DNA of 64,000 bases. It comes from Bacillota bacterium (GTDB taxonomy: Bacteria; Bacillota; Clostridia; Oscillospirales; Oscillospiraceae). The DNA lies in contig JAEXCS010000002.1 in assembly GCA_023402075.1 (NCBI GenBank), positions 17,532 to 81,531 of the forward strand. The letters are read 5' to 3'. The position numbers and the translations under genes were made by a program. Shown piece by piece: positions 9,195 to 20,237 of the stretch (position 1 is its first letter; every line of letters begins with the position of its first letter). Below the pieces are notes generated by a model, which saw only the letters and a list, made by a program, of their open reading frames with translations, was not told where the DNA came from and made no database searches.

Positions 9195-10676
9195 TTGAAA
9201 CGGGAAAACTTATTCGATTCAATTAAAGATAATTTCTTTCGAATTTTGACTGGACAGAATAAGCGGTTTTATTCCGACTGTCTGATTGAGATGCATGAGG
9301 TCTCCATTTTCACCGATGCGGCAGATTTCGACAGAGAACTGGTAAACCAGGTTATCAGCAGCTGTATGGAATGGTACGCAGACACATTGGCAGAAGAGAA
9401 CACTTCTGAAGAGGATAACACGAATACACTGCCGGGTCAGGAAAAAATGGATACATGCTGCCCTCCGACGAAAGACTCAGTATTTCGCAAGCTGTTAGCT
9501 TGCGGCTGGATTGATGCAGATTTTGACGACCAAACACATAGGCAGTTGGTATCCTTTACCGTGCCTGCACTGACGATAATACCAGAACTGAAGCGTATGG
9601 CGCAGCCGTCTCGTATCTCCCTGGGCGGCTACACGCGGAATATCATTGAGAACCTGAAGGCCGTTATGACAGCGCGGCATCCATATCAGGATGCCTTTAT
9701 GCTCGCTCTGAACAATACCTATCAGTTCATGCAGGAAATGTCTAAAATTCGTATCTCCATAAAAAATGAAGTTGAGACGATATTGCGGTGTAAGAATCTG
9801 GAAGAGATGACCTCCATGCTGTCCGCCTATTTGGACAGTTATTTGGATGGCGATTATTATAAACTCCAGTTTGCGGAGAACCTAACAGCCGTTGAACGAA
9901 AGCAAATTACCGGTCTGCTTATGGACATTGAGAACAACGAAACAGTGTTCCAGAACCTCATCGAAGGTGCTATGGACTATATGTCCATCGATAGTGAAGA
10001 GGACGCAAACCTATTGATCCTCCGCTCTGTGGAAACCATTCGCTGTCGGCTCTGTGACGAATATGAGCGCCAGTATCGGGAAATTCAGAAGAACCAAGCA
10101 CGGTATGTCAATAATGCTGCCGGTCGTATGCCAATGCTGATCGCCGACAAGAAGGACACTGATTCCACTATTAACCGCCTTGTATATGCAATCAGCGAAT
10201 GCGATGACGAGGAATATGCTGACCCAATGACGCCTGTTGAATGGCTGAAGGAGCTGCATCAGCTTCTCTGTGCCCCTCGGGCAGCTGAACTTGGTGAACC
10301 TTCCATATACAAGCCAAGGACGCCGCCAAGGGAAGACGTTGGCTTCATGAAGCCACTACCGCCTAAGGAAAAGAAAGAGCTAAACGGAATTGATGTGGCT
10401 GGTTGTATTCCAAAGTACTCAGCAAAAACTGTTAATCGTCGGCTGGATATGTATATGGCAGGAAAAGACCATATCTCAGTGACAGATCTGCCTCTCAGCA
10501 CGCAGGAAGACTTCTATGAAATGGTCAGCATGGTGTTATTCAGCGATGACCCTGATTGTAACTACGAAGTTGAAATGGAGCCAGGGCATATCGAAAGAGA
10601 AGGCTACTCTGCTTCCAACTTCATCGTAAAGTGGAAAACCAACAAGAGAAAGGCGGGTGACATCCTTGGCATTTAA
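9195..10676 (+). CDS. jetA: Wadjet JetA-like (kleisin-like) protein
   Basis: First gene of a 4-gene overlapping operon before an SMC-like ATPase and a Toprim protein; LF..I.DNFF.IL...N...Y..CL N-terminus; TTG start at 9195 preferred over 9063. Confidence 0.7.
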   Translation: MKRENLFDSIKDNFFRILTGQNKRFYSDCLIEMHEVSIFTDAADFDRELVNQVISSCMEWYADTLAEENTSEEDNTNTLPGQEKMDTCCPPTKDSVFRKLLACGWIDADFDDQTHRQLVSFTVPALTIIPELKRMAQPSRISLGGYTRNIIENLKAVMTARHPYQDAFMLALNNTYQFMQEMSKIRISIKNEVETILRCKNLEEMTSMLSAYLDSYLDGDYYKLQFAENLTAVERKQITGLLMDIENNETVFQNLIEGAMDYMSIDSEEDANLLILRSVETIRCRLCDEYERQYREIQKNQARYVNNAAGRMPMLIADKKDTDSTINRLVYAISECDDEEYADPMTPVEWLKELHQLLCAPRAAELGEPSIYKPRTPPREDVGFMKPLPPKEKKELNGIDVAGCIPKYSAKTVNRRLDMYMAGKDHISVTDLPLSTQEDFYEMVSMVLFSDDPDCNYEVEMEPGHIEREGYSASNFIVKWKTNKRKAGDILGI

Positions 10677-11340
10677 CCCAACAGTATTGATTTTAGAAAA
10701 CGATGACGCAGAAAAGCGTGCACAGGAAATTACAGCAAAGCTGCTGGCATGCTGGGGTATCCCGCGCAGTAAGAGTCTTGAAACAAAACTGGACTATGAC
10801 TTCATCGCCAACCACAAGGAGTACTTTGATACCGTTCTTAAGTTGTGTGGGCACGGCGGGCTCACGCTTCGCACTGCACATGGCAGAGAAGTAGCCTATG
10901 TTACTGGGACGGGCGAAACGCAAAGTCGGCGCTTTCTGAAAGATGAATCCATCGTCATTCTCCGACTCTTACAGGAATATCTCCGCAGTCAGGGAAAGGC
11001 AACCTTGTCAAGTCGTGTAGAAGTATTTGCACAGGACATTCTTGAAAACGTAAATGCTACTCGCCGCTTACCGATGGATTTGAAGGAGCTGCAAAGAATT
11101 CTGGACACCTTAGACGGATACAATTTTGTGCAGATGGATTTACGACGCAAAAATGAGTTCTGCAGCACCACGATCATCTCTATCATGCCGACAATTGCCT
11201 GTATGCTGCCATATGCATCTATTGAAAGCATCGATGAAAAACTGGCGGATTATTCCAAGGAAACCACCCGGCGAAAGAGCGAAATGGAAGTATCTGAGCA
11301 AATTGAGCCAAATGATTCCGAAGTAACAGAGGAGAGCTGA
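10657..11340 (+). CDS. jetB: Wadjet JetB-like (DUF4194-like) protein
   Basis: Size and position between jetA-like and jetC-like genes; ESIVILRLLQEY motif. Confidence 0.7.
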   Translation: MTSLAFNPTVLILENDDAEKRAQEITAKLLACWGIPRSKSLETKLDYDFIANHKEYFDTVLKLCGHGGLTLRTAHGREVAYVTGTGETQSRRFLKDESIVILRLLQEYLRSQGKATLSSRVEVFAQDILENVNATRRLPMDLKELQRILDTLDGYNFVQMDLRRKNEFCSTTIISIMPTIACMLPYASIESIDEKLADYSKETTRRKSEMEVSEQIEPNDSEVTEES

Positions 11341-11342
11341 TT

Positions 11343-14300
11343 ATGGCGATTCGTATTGAAAAGTTCATGCCGCTAAACTGGCACTTCCTCGAAGAGTGTG
11401 ATCCGCTGCCGTTTGGACGCTCTACATTCATCACAGGTGTCAACGCATCCGGCAAATCCACGATGATCGACGCGATGCGGCTGCTGTTTTTCGTGACAAC
11501 CACGAAATTCAACAAAGCAAATGCCATCGCCGGAGATAAAAAGAGTCGCTCTCTGCTCTCCTATGTGTATGGGGCGGATTCTCTTCTCGCAGGGAGTAAT
11601 TCGGAGAATGAAGAGACATATAGACGCTTTATGCGCCCCGGTCCAACGGTGACACACGTCGTTGCAGAACTCAGAGATGATGCGACAACGGCACATACTG
11701 TCATCGGCGTAACGATTGAGGCAAAGGCACTCAGCAGCAATAGCCAGCTCGATCCTGTTTGGTGGTTTGTTGACAACGCAAAACTGGATGACCTCAAATT
11801 TACCGTGGATTTGGAAGACGGTCAGCGTCGCTTTGCCTCGCTTGAAGAAATCAAAAAGATAACGCCGACCGGCAGCGCCATTCGCACGAATAAGAACCAA
11901 CGTGAGGCAAAGCAGCGGTTCAGCATTATCTTTGGGCTCACGGACAACCGTATGGGCGATGAAAAGGCACTGGATGCCTGGGCAAAGACTGAGGATGACG
12001 CCATTGCCTTTGACCCGAAAGGCATGAAAGACCTGGACCAATTTATCAAGGACAAGGTGTTACCAAAGCGCGAAATTAAGACTTCAGAGTTTCTGGAGCT
12101 GCTGGAGCGGCATAAGGAACTGCAAAAAACTGCGGAAAGCCTTACTGACCAGTGCGATCGGGTCAAAACAATCGTAAACTTGGCAGATGAATACCACCAG
12201 CAGTCTACAAAGCTTCGGTTCTTGGAAATCAAAATCAAGCTGGCAAAAAATGCCTATCTTGATCAGGAAATTGCGAATAAGCAAAAAGTATGCGATACCT
12301 ACGACAATGCAGTCCGTGAAAAGGAAAAAGAGCAGCGAGATCTTGAGGAGCAAAGAACGACCCTATCCAAGACACTGGCTGAGCTGAAGGCTTCCATGCC
12401 AAATGAGGCACTGAAACGTTTGGAGTCTTTGCAGGATGCCTGCGATCAGGAAATCAGGGACTGCATGAAGAAAGCCGACAAGCTCTCCGCAGTCCTTGCC
12501 ACAGTACGTGCATATGCCAATCTGGTGAATGATCTGTTTGGCAGCCCGGTGGTTAATATGGCCTTTCTTCAACAATATAAAGAACCACGGGAAAGGCCGG
12601 AAGAATTTGAAGTCGCTCTGTTCCAGAAGCTAACCGAATCATTGAAAAGTGCGCAGGATCGTGTTGAGCAAAAGCTTTATACAGCTTCAAATGAGCGGAA
12701 AACGCTGTATGGACAAATTGAAACGCTGAAATCTGAGATTGATGAATTGCAAAAGGGGCTCTCCTTTGCAGACAGTCTGAGTGCAAAGCGCTTGAAAGAG
12801 GCGATCACCGCAGATTTTAAAGAAAATGGTATTCAGGACGAGCCAAAGTATCTATGCGAACTGCTGGAACTGACAGATAAGACTTGGGCGGAGTCCGCTG
12901 AGTCCTTTGTGGGCGCATACCGATTTGCCATTATGGTGATGCCCGAGAACTATCTCAGGGCAGCAAATGTTTATAAGCGTATTTGCGCTGCAAACAAGGA
13001 TATTTATGGCGTTACCTTGGTGGATACTACATCTTTCCGCCATGACGAATACGAGGCAAGATCGGACTCGCTGGCATCCCTGTTCACTTCTGAAAATCCA
13101 TACGCCCGTTCGTACATCGCCTACTCCTACAACAATGTGACACTCGTGGACGATGCTGCCAATCCACCGTCTAAGGACGGTACCTTTATTTCAAAAAATG
13201 GTATGCGCTATGCCCGCCGCGGCTTCAGTCGTATGCGGCCGGTAAAACTGGCTATCGGTGCAGAGACACGCAAGCTGCGGCTGGAGGAGTGTCGGCACGA
13301 ACTTGCTGGCAAAGAAGAAGCATACCGGCTGGTACAGAATGAGGAAGTTGCCTGTAGATCCATCAAGAAACTGCAGAACCAGAATCAGAATATGGATGAG
13401 TTCTTTGCCAATGGCCGGATGCTGCTGGACGATTCCAGCAAGTTGCAGGGATTGCATGAAAAGAAAGCAAAACTCATCAAGAAATTGAATGACTTGAAGT
13501 CCGCATCGGCCATGCAGCAGATCCGTTCCGTTGAGGCTGACATTGAAAAGCTTAAGGAGAAAATTACGACGGCAAATACCAACCTCGTTGACCTCAAGTC
13601 TTCTCGCAAAAATGCTGAAACGGCATGTACAGCGCTGCAAGAGGAGCTGAACACTGTCGAAGAGATTATTGCCTCATGGCGTGCAGATTATCCAGCAGAT
13701 TTTGACACGGCGAGCACGGAATATGAGGCGGAAAAAGCTGCTTCCCGTAAGGGCGCACAGGGCTTTGCGGAATCGCTTGGTGATGACTTTCAAACCTTAC
13801 AGGGAACACTTTACACGCTTAATCAGCAGATCAGCTTAGAACAAAAAAGTTACACGGCTGATTTTGCAACGACATATCCTACCGATGGATATGCGTCCAT
13901 GGAGATCTACCGGGAGGCGTATAACACAATCAGTGGCAGCGAAATTCCGGACATCAAGTTCAAAGCGGAGAAAGCTGCACGTCAGACCCGCGATAAGTTT
14001 GAGGAAAGTATCATGCAGAATCTTCGCGTTGCCATTGATGATGCGGACGGTATGCTCTCGGAAATCAACCGGTATATGTCCCGTATGTCCTATAACGGCA
14101 ACATCTTCTGGTTTACCAAGGCAGCGCCTGCAGACGGTCGGCAGGATGAGTTTGAAATGATTCGGGACAAGCATAACACCGGCACCGAAGAAGGACAAGG
14201 AACCTTTGACTCTCTCGTCTTTAATGATGAATACGCCTCCAAGCGCGCACGTCTGTTCGAGGCCATCGAAAAAGGGGAAGAATACAAGAACGGTGTGGAC

Positions 14301-14834
14301 TTGCTCGACTATCGCTCGTACTGTAAGTTCGGTGTTTCCGTCAGGAAAGAAGGCGGCGATGCTTCAAAGATCGGCAAATTGGGAGCGATGGTCGTCTCCG
14401 GATCCGGATCTGAGGTACAGGTTCCTTGTTATATCATTCTTACTGCCGCATTGGTTCAAAAATACAATAGAGCCAACCGGTTACGTGGTGAAATCAACGA
14501 CTCTAAGGCGCTGCGCATCATCATGGTTGATGAGTGCTTTGACCGCATGGATGCTGCCAATGTGGAAAAAATGCTTCACTTCATCACAAAGGATATGGGT
14601 ATCCAAATCATTGCGTCTGCACCTACCAATATGTTTCCAACCGTCGGCGTGCATATGGATGCCATCGTTTTCGTTAAAGGTGATTCTACTCGCCACTGGC
14701 GTGAATGCTATTCCTTTACTGCCCCTGCATTTGAGCAACTGCTGGTATCTGCCGAGAACGGTCAGACGTACGCGGAGGATGCCGTTGAGGGCGCAGACAC
14801 CAGTATTGAAGAAATTGCAGGAGAGATCATTTGA
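11343..14834 (+). CDS. jetC: Wadjet JetC SMC-like ATPase
   Basis: LNWHF, Walker A GVNASGKST, long coiled coil, GSGSE signature, IMVDECF Walker B. Confidence 0.85.
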   Translation: MAIRIEKFMPLNWHFLEECDPLPFGRSTFITGVNASGKSTMIDAMRLLFFVTTTKFNKANAIAGDKKSRSLLSYVYGADSLLAGSNSENEETYRRFMRPGPTVTHVVAELRDDATTAHTVIGVTIEAKALSSNSQLDPVWWFVDNAKLDDLKFTVDLEDGQRRFASLEEIKKITPTGSAIRTNKNQREAKQRFSIIFGLTDNRMGDEKALDAWAKTEDDAIAFDPKGMKDLDQFIKDKVLPKREIKTSEFLELLERHKELQKTAESLTDQCDRVKTIVNLADEYHQQSTKLRFLEIKIKLAKNAYLDQEIANKQKVCDTYDNAVREKEKEQRDLEEQRTTLSKTLAELKASMPNEALKRLESLQDACDQEIRDCMKKADKLSAVLATVRAYANLVNDLFGSPVVNMAFLQQYKEPRERPEEFEVALFQKLTESLKSAQDRVEQKLYTASNERKTLYGQIETLKSEIDELQKGLSFADSLSAKRLKEAITADFKENGIQDEPKYLCELLELTDKTWAESAESFVGAYRFAIMVMPENYLRAANVYKRICAANKDIYGVTLVDTTSFRHDEYEARSDSLASLFTSENPYARSYIAYSYNNVTLVDDAANPPSKDGTFISKNGMRYARRGFSRMRPVKLAIGAETRKLRLEECRHELAGKEEAYRLVQNEEVACRSIKKLQNQNQNMDEFFANGRMLLDDSSKLQGLHEKKAKLIKKLNDLKSASAMQQIRSVEADIEKLKEKITTANTNLVDLKSSRKNAETACTALQEELNTVEEIIASWRADYPADFDTASTEYEAEKAASRKGAQGFAESLGDDFQTLQGTLYTLNQQISLEQKSYTADFATTYPTDGYASMEIYREAYNTISGSEIPDIKFKAEKAARQTRDKFEESIMQNLRVAIDDADGMLSEINRYMSRMSYNGNIFWFTKAAPADGRQDEFEMIRDKHNTGTEEGQGTFDSLVFNDEYASKRARLFEAIEKGEEYKNGVDLLDYRSYCKFGVSVRKEGGDASKIGKLGAMVVSGSGSEVQVPCYIILTAALVQKYNRANRLRGEINDSKALRIIMVDECFDRMDAANVEKMLHFITKDMGIQIIASAPTNMFPTVGVHMDAIVFVKGDSTRHWRECYSFTAPAFEQLLVSAENGQTYAEDAVEGADTSIEEIAGEII

Positions 14835-16060
14835 TGGACTTTACACATAAAATCGTGCAGCACCTTGTCGCAGCATACAACCGGGACTCGAGCAAAGAAT
14901 CCTACAGTATCAGTACAAAATACATATATCCGGAATACTACACAGGTGAAAAAAATGGCCTGATATCGCTTGATATTGAGACATTTCAGGAATTCGAAAC
15001 CTCTATTGAAAGCGGCATAGCTTCCGGTGTATTCAGCTCTATCAGAGATAAAAAAAACGGTATATATAAGACCGTCAAGGCCACCGGCTGTCAGATTTCG
15101 GTTCTGGCCAAACTACAAAGGCTCACACTTCTTCCAGAATACGTTTGCCGAATGCAAGAAATTTTAAGTACACATCTGCATTCCACCTGCCCACAAGTGG
15201 CGGAATGGGTATCGCGTCAACTCCAAAGTGAAAGCTTAGCAGATGTAAAACTGTGGTTCAAATATGATGCCGAGGAAGGTACCTCTGCGGCCGAAGAGAA
15301 CCTATCAAATCTCCTAAACGCCTGTGAAGCCGTCTACGCCCAGCAAGATGATATTATGCTGCGAAACTTCTCAGCAAATATCCACATGACCTCCAAGGGA
15401 TTTGAAGGTACTATGATGAGACATGTCTGTGCTATTATGTCTCCGGAACAGTTTGCAGATAACGTGGAGCCTGATGAAATTCTTAAGGGATTGCACATTC
15501 TTCGCAATCCTGCAAGTGTTTGGATTCGCGGATACGGCCGTATCCTGTTTCAAAACGGTGACGTATTGACTTTGTCGGCGTACACTACACCATTCGCAAT
15601 GACTCGATCACTTGTTGAAAGCATTAAAGCGGTGGAAACAAAGGCTCTGCTTACAATTGAAAATCTAACGACTTTCAATGATTATTCCCCAGCCAGGGAG
15701 GAGCTGGTGGTATTTACCAGTGGCTATGCGAACTCGCTGGTAGTACGCTTTCTTCAAATTGTGCACCGAGATTGTCAGCTGAAGTATACCAGACACTTCG
15801 GAGATATCGACGCCTACGGCTTCGATATTTTGCGTAATCTATCTAATCGTGTTGGAACAAGGTTCGCATCCTATCGCATGGACGTGGAGACCTACTTGAA
15901 GAACGAAGATCTGGCAATTTCCATGACAAAAAGCAATAAGAAGCTGTTCCCGAAACTCTTACTGGATCCATTTTTCGATGAGGGTGAGAAACTTGTCTTC
16001 TTGCTTCTTATGAAGCGGGAAAAGACGCTGGAACAAGAAGGTGTGCAAGAGAACTCCTGA
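14834..16060 (+). CDS. jetD: Wadjet JetD Toprim nuclease
   Basis: LLTIENLTTF, HFGDIDAYGFDI, C-terminal LEQE motifs. Confidence 0.85.
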   Translation: MDFTHKIVQHLVAAYNRDSSKESYSISTKYIYPEYYTGEKNGLISLDIETFQEFETSIESGIASGVFSSIRDKKNGIYKTVKATGCQISVLAKLQRLTLLPEYVCRMQEILSTHLHSTCPQVAEWVSRQLQSESLADVKLWFKYDAEEGTSAAEENLSNLLNACEAVYAQQDDIMLRNFSANIHMTSKGFEGTMMRHVCAIMSPEQFADNVEPDEILKGLHILRNPASVWIRGYGRILFQNGDVLTLSAYTTPFAMTRSLVESIKAVETKALLTIENLTTFNDYSPAREELVVFTSGYANSLVVRFLQIVHRDCQLKYTRHFGDIDAYGFDILRNLSNRVGTRFASYRMDVETYLKNEDLAISMTKSNKKLFPKLLLDPFFDEGEKLVFLLLMKREKTLEQEGVQENS

Positions 16061-16232
16061 ACCACTCATAGATAGTCTTTCCATCCCCGCGGCTATTGAC
16101 ACATAAAAATTTGCGGAGGTCGCTGGTTTTGCCAACAGCGTATGCCACCAATAAAAAATCGAACATTCTCTTTTTTAACGAAATGAAAAAGTAATGAAAG
16201 GCCGAACATTTTAGCTCCAGTCCTTCATGCTG

Positions 16233-16490
16233 TTATACTTTTACGAACAATCCAACGGGGCAAATATTCTGAAATCCCGGGGTAGAAATATACCAGCAAG
16301 CTGCGCCGGTGTATTCCCAACTCACCTCCAATGTGATATCATGCCAGCCATCCGGAAATAATGCGGTAAGGTTACTGCCGGTACGAATTCCATATCCATT
16401 CAGCAGGAGCCTGGGGTGTGGATCATGTTCATTTGGATCAGGAAGTTGAAGCTGCTGAATATGATCAGGTAAATGATTCATCATGTTCAT
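16233..16490 (-). CDS. Small hypothetical protein (possibly DUF5348-like)
   Basis: 85 aa ORF with GGAGG RBS 7-8 nt before ATG. Confidence 0.55.
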   Translation of the reverse strand: MNMMNHLPDHIQQLQLPDPNEHDPHPRLLLNGYGIRTGSNLTALFPDGWHDITLEVSWEYTGAACWYISTPGFQNICPVGLFVKV

Positions 16491-16961
16491 GGATAGTCCT
16501 CCGTTCTTTGATAAACGAGAGCGTGTACAACAATTATTGGGAGTGATTCTAATAATATAAGCATACCCGACACGCAACTTTTTAGCACAAGCAGTCGCTA
16601 AAACAAATTTTTTATATTGCTCAGTTGGCCTGTGCTAATAGCTCAACTCAGGCGGGGTAATTGTTGCGGTTTATTTGCAAATCACAGTGATCCAGTTATC
16701 CGTTTGACTTCAGTTATTTGAAAGGCGGTGAAGATACAAAAGCCGCTTTTCAAGTAGTATTTCTATTACTGGCGAACTTCTGAGTTTGTTTATACTGAGT
16801 TGAACATTAATTCTCTTGCTTCGATTCCTGACAAACGGCAGCGGGGAGATCGAGAAAATCGCGCAGGCACTGGATGCGTATGCGCAATGCAAATAACCTT
16901 TCAGTAGCTTTCTTCTTCAACTTGTGGTATATGTTCGTGTTGCCGGAAGGAGGCGACGCGA

Positions 16962-17279
16962 ATGGATGGATTGCTGGAAGCTCTGTATGACCGCTTCTAC
17001 ACGCCGAAGGAGATGCCGGAGCTCAGGCGCTCCGTGGAGGCGAACCGTGCGCTGCTGCGGGACAAGCTCCCCGTTGAACAGCGGAAAATAGTGCTGCGGA
17101 TCGTGAACGATCTGACGATGATGGCAAGCGAGGGCTCGCTGGACAGCTTTCTCTGCGGATTCAAGCTGGCGTGGCAGCTGACAAACGAACTGAATCATTA
17201 CGAAAACGGGCGTTCAACACCGACAGACAATGTTGGGTTGGGCACCCGTTCTGCATTTCAGAAGGAGGAAGAATCATGA
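16962..17279 (+). CDS. Small helical protein (DUF6809-like)
   Basis: AGGAGG RBS; SLDSFLCGFKLAWQL motif; paralogous to 22820..23161. Confidence 0.7.
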   Translation: MDGLLEALYDRFYTPKEMPELRRSVEANRALLRDKLPVEQRKIVLRIVNDLTMMASEGSLDSFLCGFKLAWQLTNELNHYENGRSTPTDNVGLGTRSAFQKEEES

Positions 17280-17800
17280 CAAAGAAGCTGACCGCAACCC
17301 TCACAATCGCCGCGTGTGCGGCTTTGTGGGGCGCTGTGTGCCCACAAAACACCTCTGGAGGGAAAGTACCTGCCTCAGAACAAACAACAAATATCGCGGC
17401 CGTCGCACAGGCGGAACATACCAGAGTCGATTCGCGTTCTGCTGCCGAGAACGAGCAAACTCAAGATAAAGAAATAAGTCCCCTGCACCCAACAGAAGAA
17501 TCCGTATCTGAGTCGGTACCGACAAATAGCCAGTTACCCGCAACTCCGCAGAAAGAATCGGCAGCGCCGGAAGCAAAGCCCGCACAGGCACCCGGACCCA
17601 CAACAGCCGCTCTCCAACCCGCGCAGACTCTGCAACCGCAGTCCGCTGTCACCCCGGCTCCCGGTGAGCGGAGTGTCGCCGACGACAAAGCGCAGGTCTG
17701 GGTACCCGGCTTCGGATGGGTGGAGGACGGCGGCGGAAACGTCTATACCTATGCCGCGGATATGTACGAAAACGGAAATAAGATCGGCAGCATGGGATAA
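17276..17800 (+). CDS. Secreted Pro/Ala-rich protein with C-terminal VPGFGW motif (DUF6550-like)
   Basis: AGGAGG RBS, ATGA overlap with upstream stop, signal-peptide-like N-terminus. Confidence 0.65.
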   Translation: MTKKLTATLTIAACAALWGAVCPQNTSGGKVPASEQTTNIAAVAQAEHTRVDSRSAAENEQTQDKEISPLHPTEESVSESVPTNSQLPATPQKESAAPEAKPAQAPGPTTAALQPAQTLQPQSAVTPAPGERSVADDKAQVWVPGFGWVEDGGGNVYTYAADMYENGNKIGSMG

Positions 17801-17949
17801 TACAAAGATAGCGAGGAGGCCGGAGCGATGTGCTCCTGCCTCCTTGCTTTTGCCTTGGATCAATGCCACAGGTGATTTTGTCTCCCGGCCTCTCTGCCGC
17901 AGGCACCCCTAAATCTCACTCGCCATAATCAAAGAAAACGACCGGGAGT

Positions 17950-18993
17950 TCACAGCGCCTCGAGCTGCCTCCGCAGTTTCTCGTCACTTAGCTCGCCGCG
18001 CTCGGCCTGGGCCTTCAGGTCCTGCGCCTTCGCCACCGCGGCGTTCCAATCATCCACGGTGATTTTGCCTCTCTGCTTTCTGGCCTTCAGGCGATTGTAC
18101 GCCTTTGCGTATTCCTTCTGCGCAGGAGTTGCGGTGACGCGCTCCTGCGCTTCTTTTCTGTGCGCACCCACCTTGCGGCAGGTACGAGCTGTCTCGCCGG
18201 GCGCGAGGTTGTTGCAATAGCAGGTGTTGTAGCCGGCGGTGAGCAGGAAGTACGTTCCGCAGTTGTGGCATCGGCGGGGGGCGTTGCCTTCCATCAGGCC
18301 GCGGTAAAAATCCGTGTACAGGAAATGCGTGAGATAGGAAAACTGCGCCTGCTCCGCAAGGATCACCTTTCCCTTCTCCGCCGAGTGCACCATGGGCACG
18401 AACTGGTTCTCCGTGGGAAAGCTCTGCTCAAACGGGCCTTGTCCAAAGATCCCCTCCACAGACTTCATCTGGCCGTAATACCGGGCGAACGCTTCGGCGT
18501 AGGTGTCAGCGCTCCTGCGGGCGAGAGGCTCAAAATACAGCTCCAACATGCCGGTGACCTGCCCCCGAAAAGTGCGGAGGCTCTCCGGAAAATACTCCAG
18601 CCCCTCCATGAGCTTTTGAAACATGGCGTGTCCCTCTGTGCCAACCTCCTGCACCTCGGCCCACTTCTCCGGATCGGAAAGCAACAGCGGGAAAAGGTTG
18701 TTGGCCGTCCATATGTCCATGTTCAAATCCCGATACACCGGAAAAGAAAAGATCAGATCCCAGACAGCGCATAGCCGCTCCTGCGCGGAGCGTGCGGCAC
18801 TGTCTGCTTTTTCTTGAAGCAGGATTTTGACAGCGGGCATCAGATTCTCAATGCGCCGGTCAAGCTCGACCAGTACCTCATCGTCTAAGTCCAAAATTTC
18901 GGTGGTACACTGCCCCAGCGGAAAAGTCTTGCCGTTTACAAATACCTCGCCCTTTCCAAAAAGGACGGAAAAACAATCAAACGAGTTTGCCAT
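17950..18993 (-). CDS. DUF6076-like protein with Zn-finger-like Cys cluster
   Basis: RRCHNCGTYF..YC..TCRKVGA; divergent from xis. Confidence 0.7.
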   Translation of the reverse strand: MANSFDCFSVLFGKGEVFVNGKTFPLGQCTTEILDLDDEVLVELDRRIENLMPAVKILLQEKADSAARSAQERLCAVWDLIFSFPVYRDLNMDIWTANNLFPLLLSDPEKWAEVQEVGTEGHAMFQKLMEGLEYFPESLRTFRGQVTGMLELYFEPLARRSADTYAEAFARYYGQMKSVEGIFGQGPFEQSFPTENQFVPMVHSAEKGKVILAEQAQFSYLTHFLYTDFYRGLMEGNAPRRCHNCGTYFLLTAGYNTCYCNNLAPGETARTCRKVGAHRKEAQERVTATPAQKEYAKAYNRLKARKQRGKITVDDWNAAVAKAQDLKAQAERGELSDEKLRRQLEAL

Positions 18994-19453
18994 AGTATCG
19001 CTCCCTCTGTATCCGATGAAGATTTGGGATTTCCCCAACCATGCCCGGAGGCCTTGAAACGTGGCTTTGTTTCTGTTACGCTAATTATACCAGATACATA
19101 TTATAAAATCAATCGCATAAAAAGGAGGCGTTTCAAATCAGCAAGAAATTGTAGCAACAGAGTAATGGAGGGGGATTTTTATTAGAGATTTAAAAACCAT
19201 AACGATGAAATTTGTAAAAGGAGGTGTGCGGCGTGGGGATCCCAGTCAAACGACTTAAAATCGCTGCGCCGGCTTTTGGCGAAATGATGAAAATAAAAAA
19301 GTTTTTGGAGGCAGGTGTACAAAATAGTGTTTTCGCCAGCTACACAGTGAGGGGATCTTTTTCTTTTCAAATTGAGGATGGTGGTGAGAACAAGTGAACG
19401 ACACAAAAATCGAATAGAGACGCAGCAAACAAACGACGGACATGGAGGTAACA

Positions 19454-19663
19454 ATGAAGGAATCCATCTACAAATCTTATGACGAGCTGCCGCTGTTCCT
19501 GAACGCGGAAACGGTTGCCAAGGTGCTGGGTGTGTCGCCATCAAGCGGGTATGAACTGATGCACGAAAAAGATTTCCCGGCGCTGAAGATCGGCAGCCGC
19601 ATCGTCGTGCCAAAGGAAAAGTTTATTGCGTGGGTCGAGCAGAACACAGGAGGTGCCGAGTGA
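19454..19663 (+). CDS. Excisionase-like HTH protein
   Basis: 69 aa, LPLFLNAETVAKVLGVS..YEL..FPALKIGSRIVVPKE; GGAGG RBS. Confidence 0.85.
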   Translation: MKESIYKSYDELPLFLNAETVAKVLGVSPSSGYELMHEKDFPALKIGSRIVVPKEKFIAWVEQNTGGAE

Positions 19664-20202
19664 AGCACAACCGTAATCCAAAACGCGACGCCATCAAAAA
19701 TTATTTTCCTTTGCCAAATGAGCTGTTCATCCTGGGCCTGAACGCCGGTGAAATTTCGATCTACTCCTACCTGCTCTATCTGGAGAACCGAAAAACATTT
19801 CAATGCTGGCCCAGCTACAAAAAGATTGGCAAAGCGGTGGACATGAGTCAAAACACCGTGCGGAAATATGTACTGAGCCTTGAAGACAAGGCACTCATCA
19901 CCACCGAGCCGACGACCGTCTACACCAAGTCCGGCATGAAACGCAACGGCAGTCTGCTCTACACCATCCGTCCCATTCAGGAGGCGCTGGATATGTTCTA
20001 CTCCCGGCAGATGGCGCGGGTGGACGAGGATGTGGCGAAGCATCGTACGGCGGCCAAGCTGGCTAAGACCCCTGTTGCTCCCTGTGAGACGCTGTGTGGG
20101 GCTTTGGAGAGCGCGGCGAGTCCCAGCCCCACCGAGGACATTTCCGGCGAAAAAGAGCCGTTTTCGCGAGCGGACTCGGGGACGAAAGAAAAAGCAGGAT
20201 AA
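19660..20202 (+). CDS. Winged-HTH protein, putative replication initiator
   Basis: CWPSYKKIGKAVDMSQNTVRKYVLSLEDKALI; GTGA overlap with xis. Confidence 0.7.
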   Translation: MKHNRNPKRDAIKNYFPLPNELFILGLNAGEISIYSYLLYLENRKTFQCWPSYKKIGKAVDMSQNTVRKYVLSLEDKALITTEPTTVYTKSGMKRNGSLLYTIRPIQEALDMFYSRQMARVDEDVAKHRTAAKLAKTPVAPCETLCGALESAASPSPTEDISGEKEPFSRADSGTKEKAG

Positions 20203-20237
20203 AGCCCTGGCGTCGCAAGCGCCGTCTGCCCAGTCAC

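Noticed and set aside
11343..14834. Housekeeping SMC or SbcC
   Set aside because: Operon with JetA/B-like genes and a Toprim JetD fits Wadjet
16615..16660. tRNA-like words GCTCAGTTGG / TAGCTCAAC as a possible IME att site
   Set aside because: Too short, no cloverleaf and no matching copy at the other end
16800..16897. Short reading EIEKIAQALDAYAQCK as a gene tail
   Set aside because: Too short to assign; may be a remnant but unsupported
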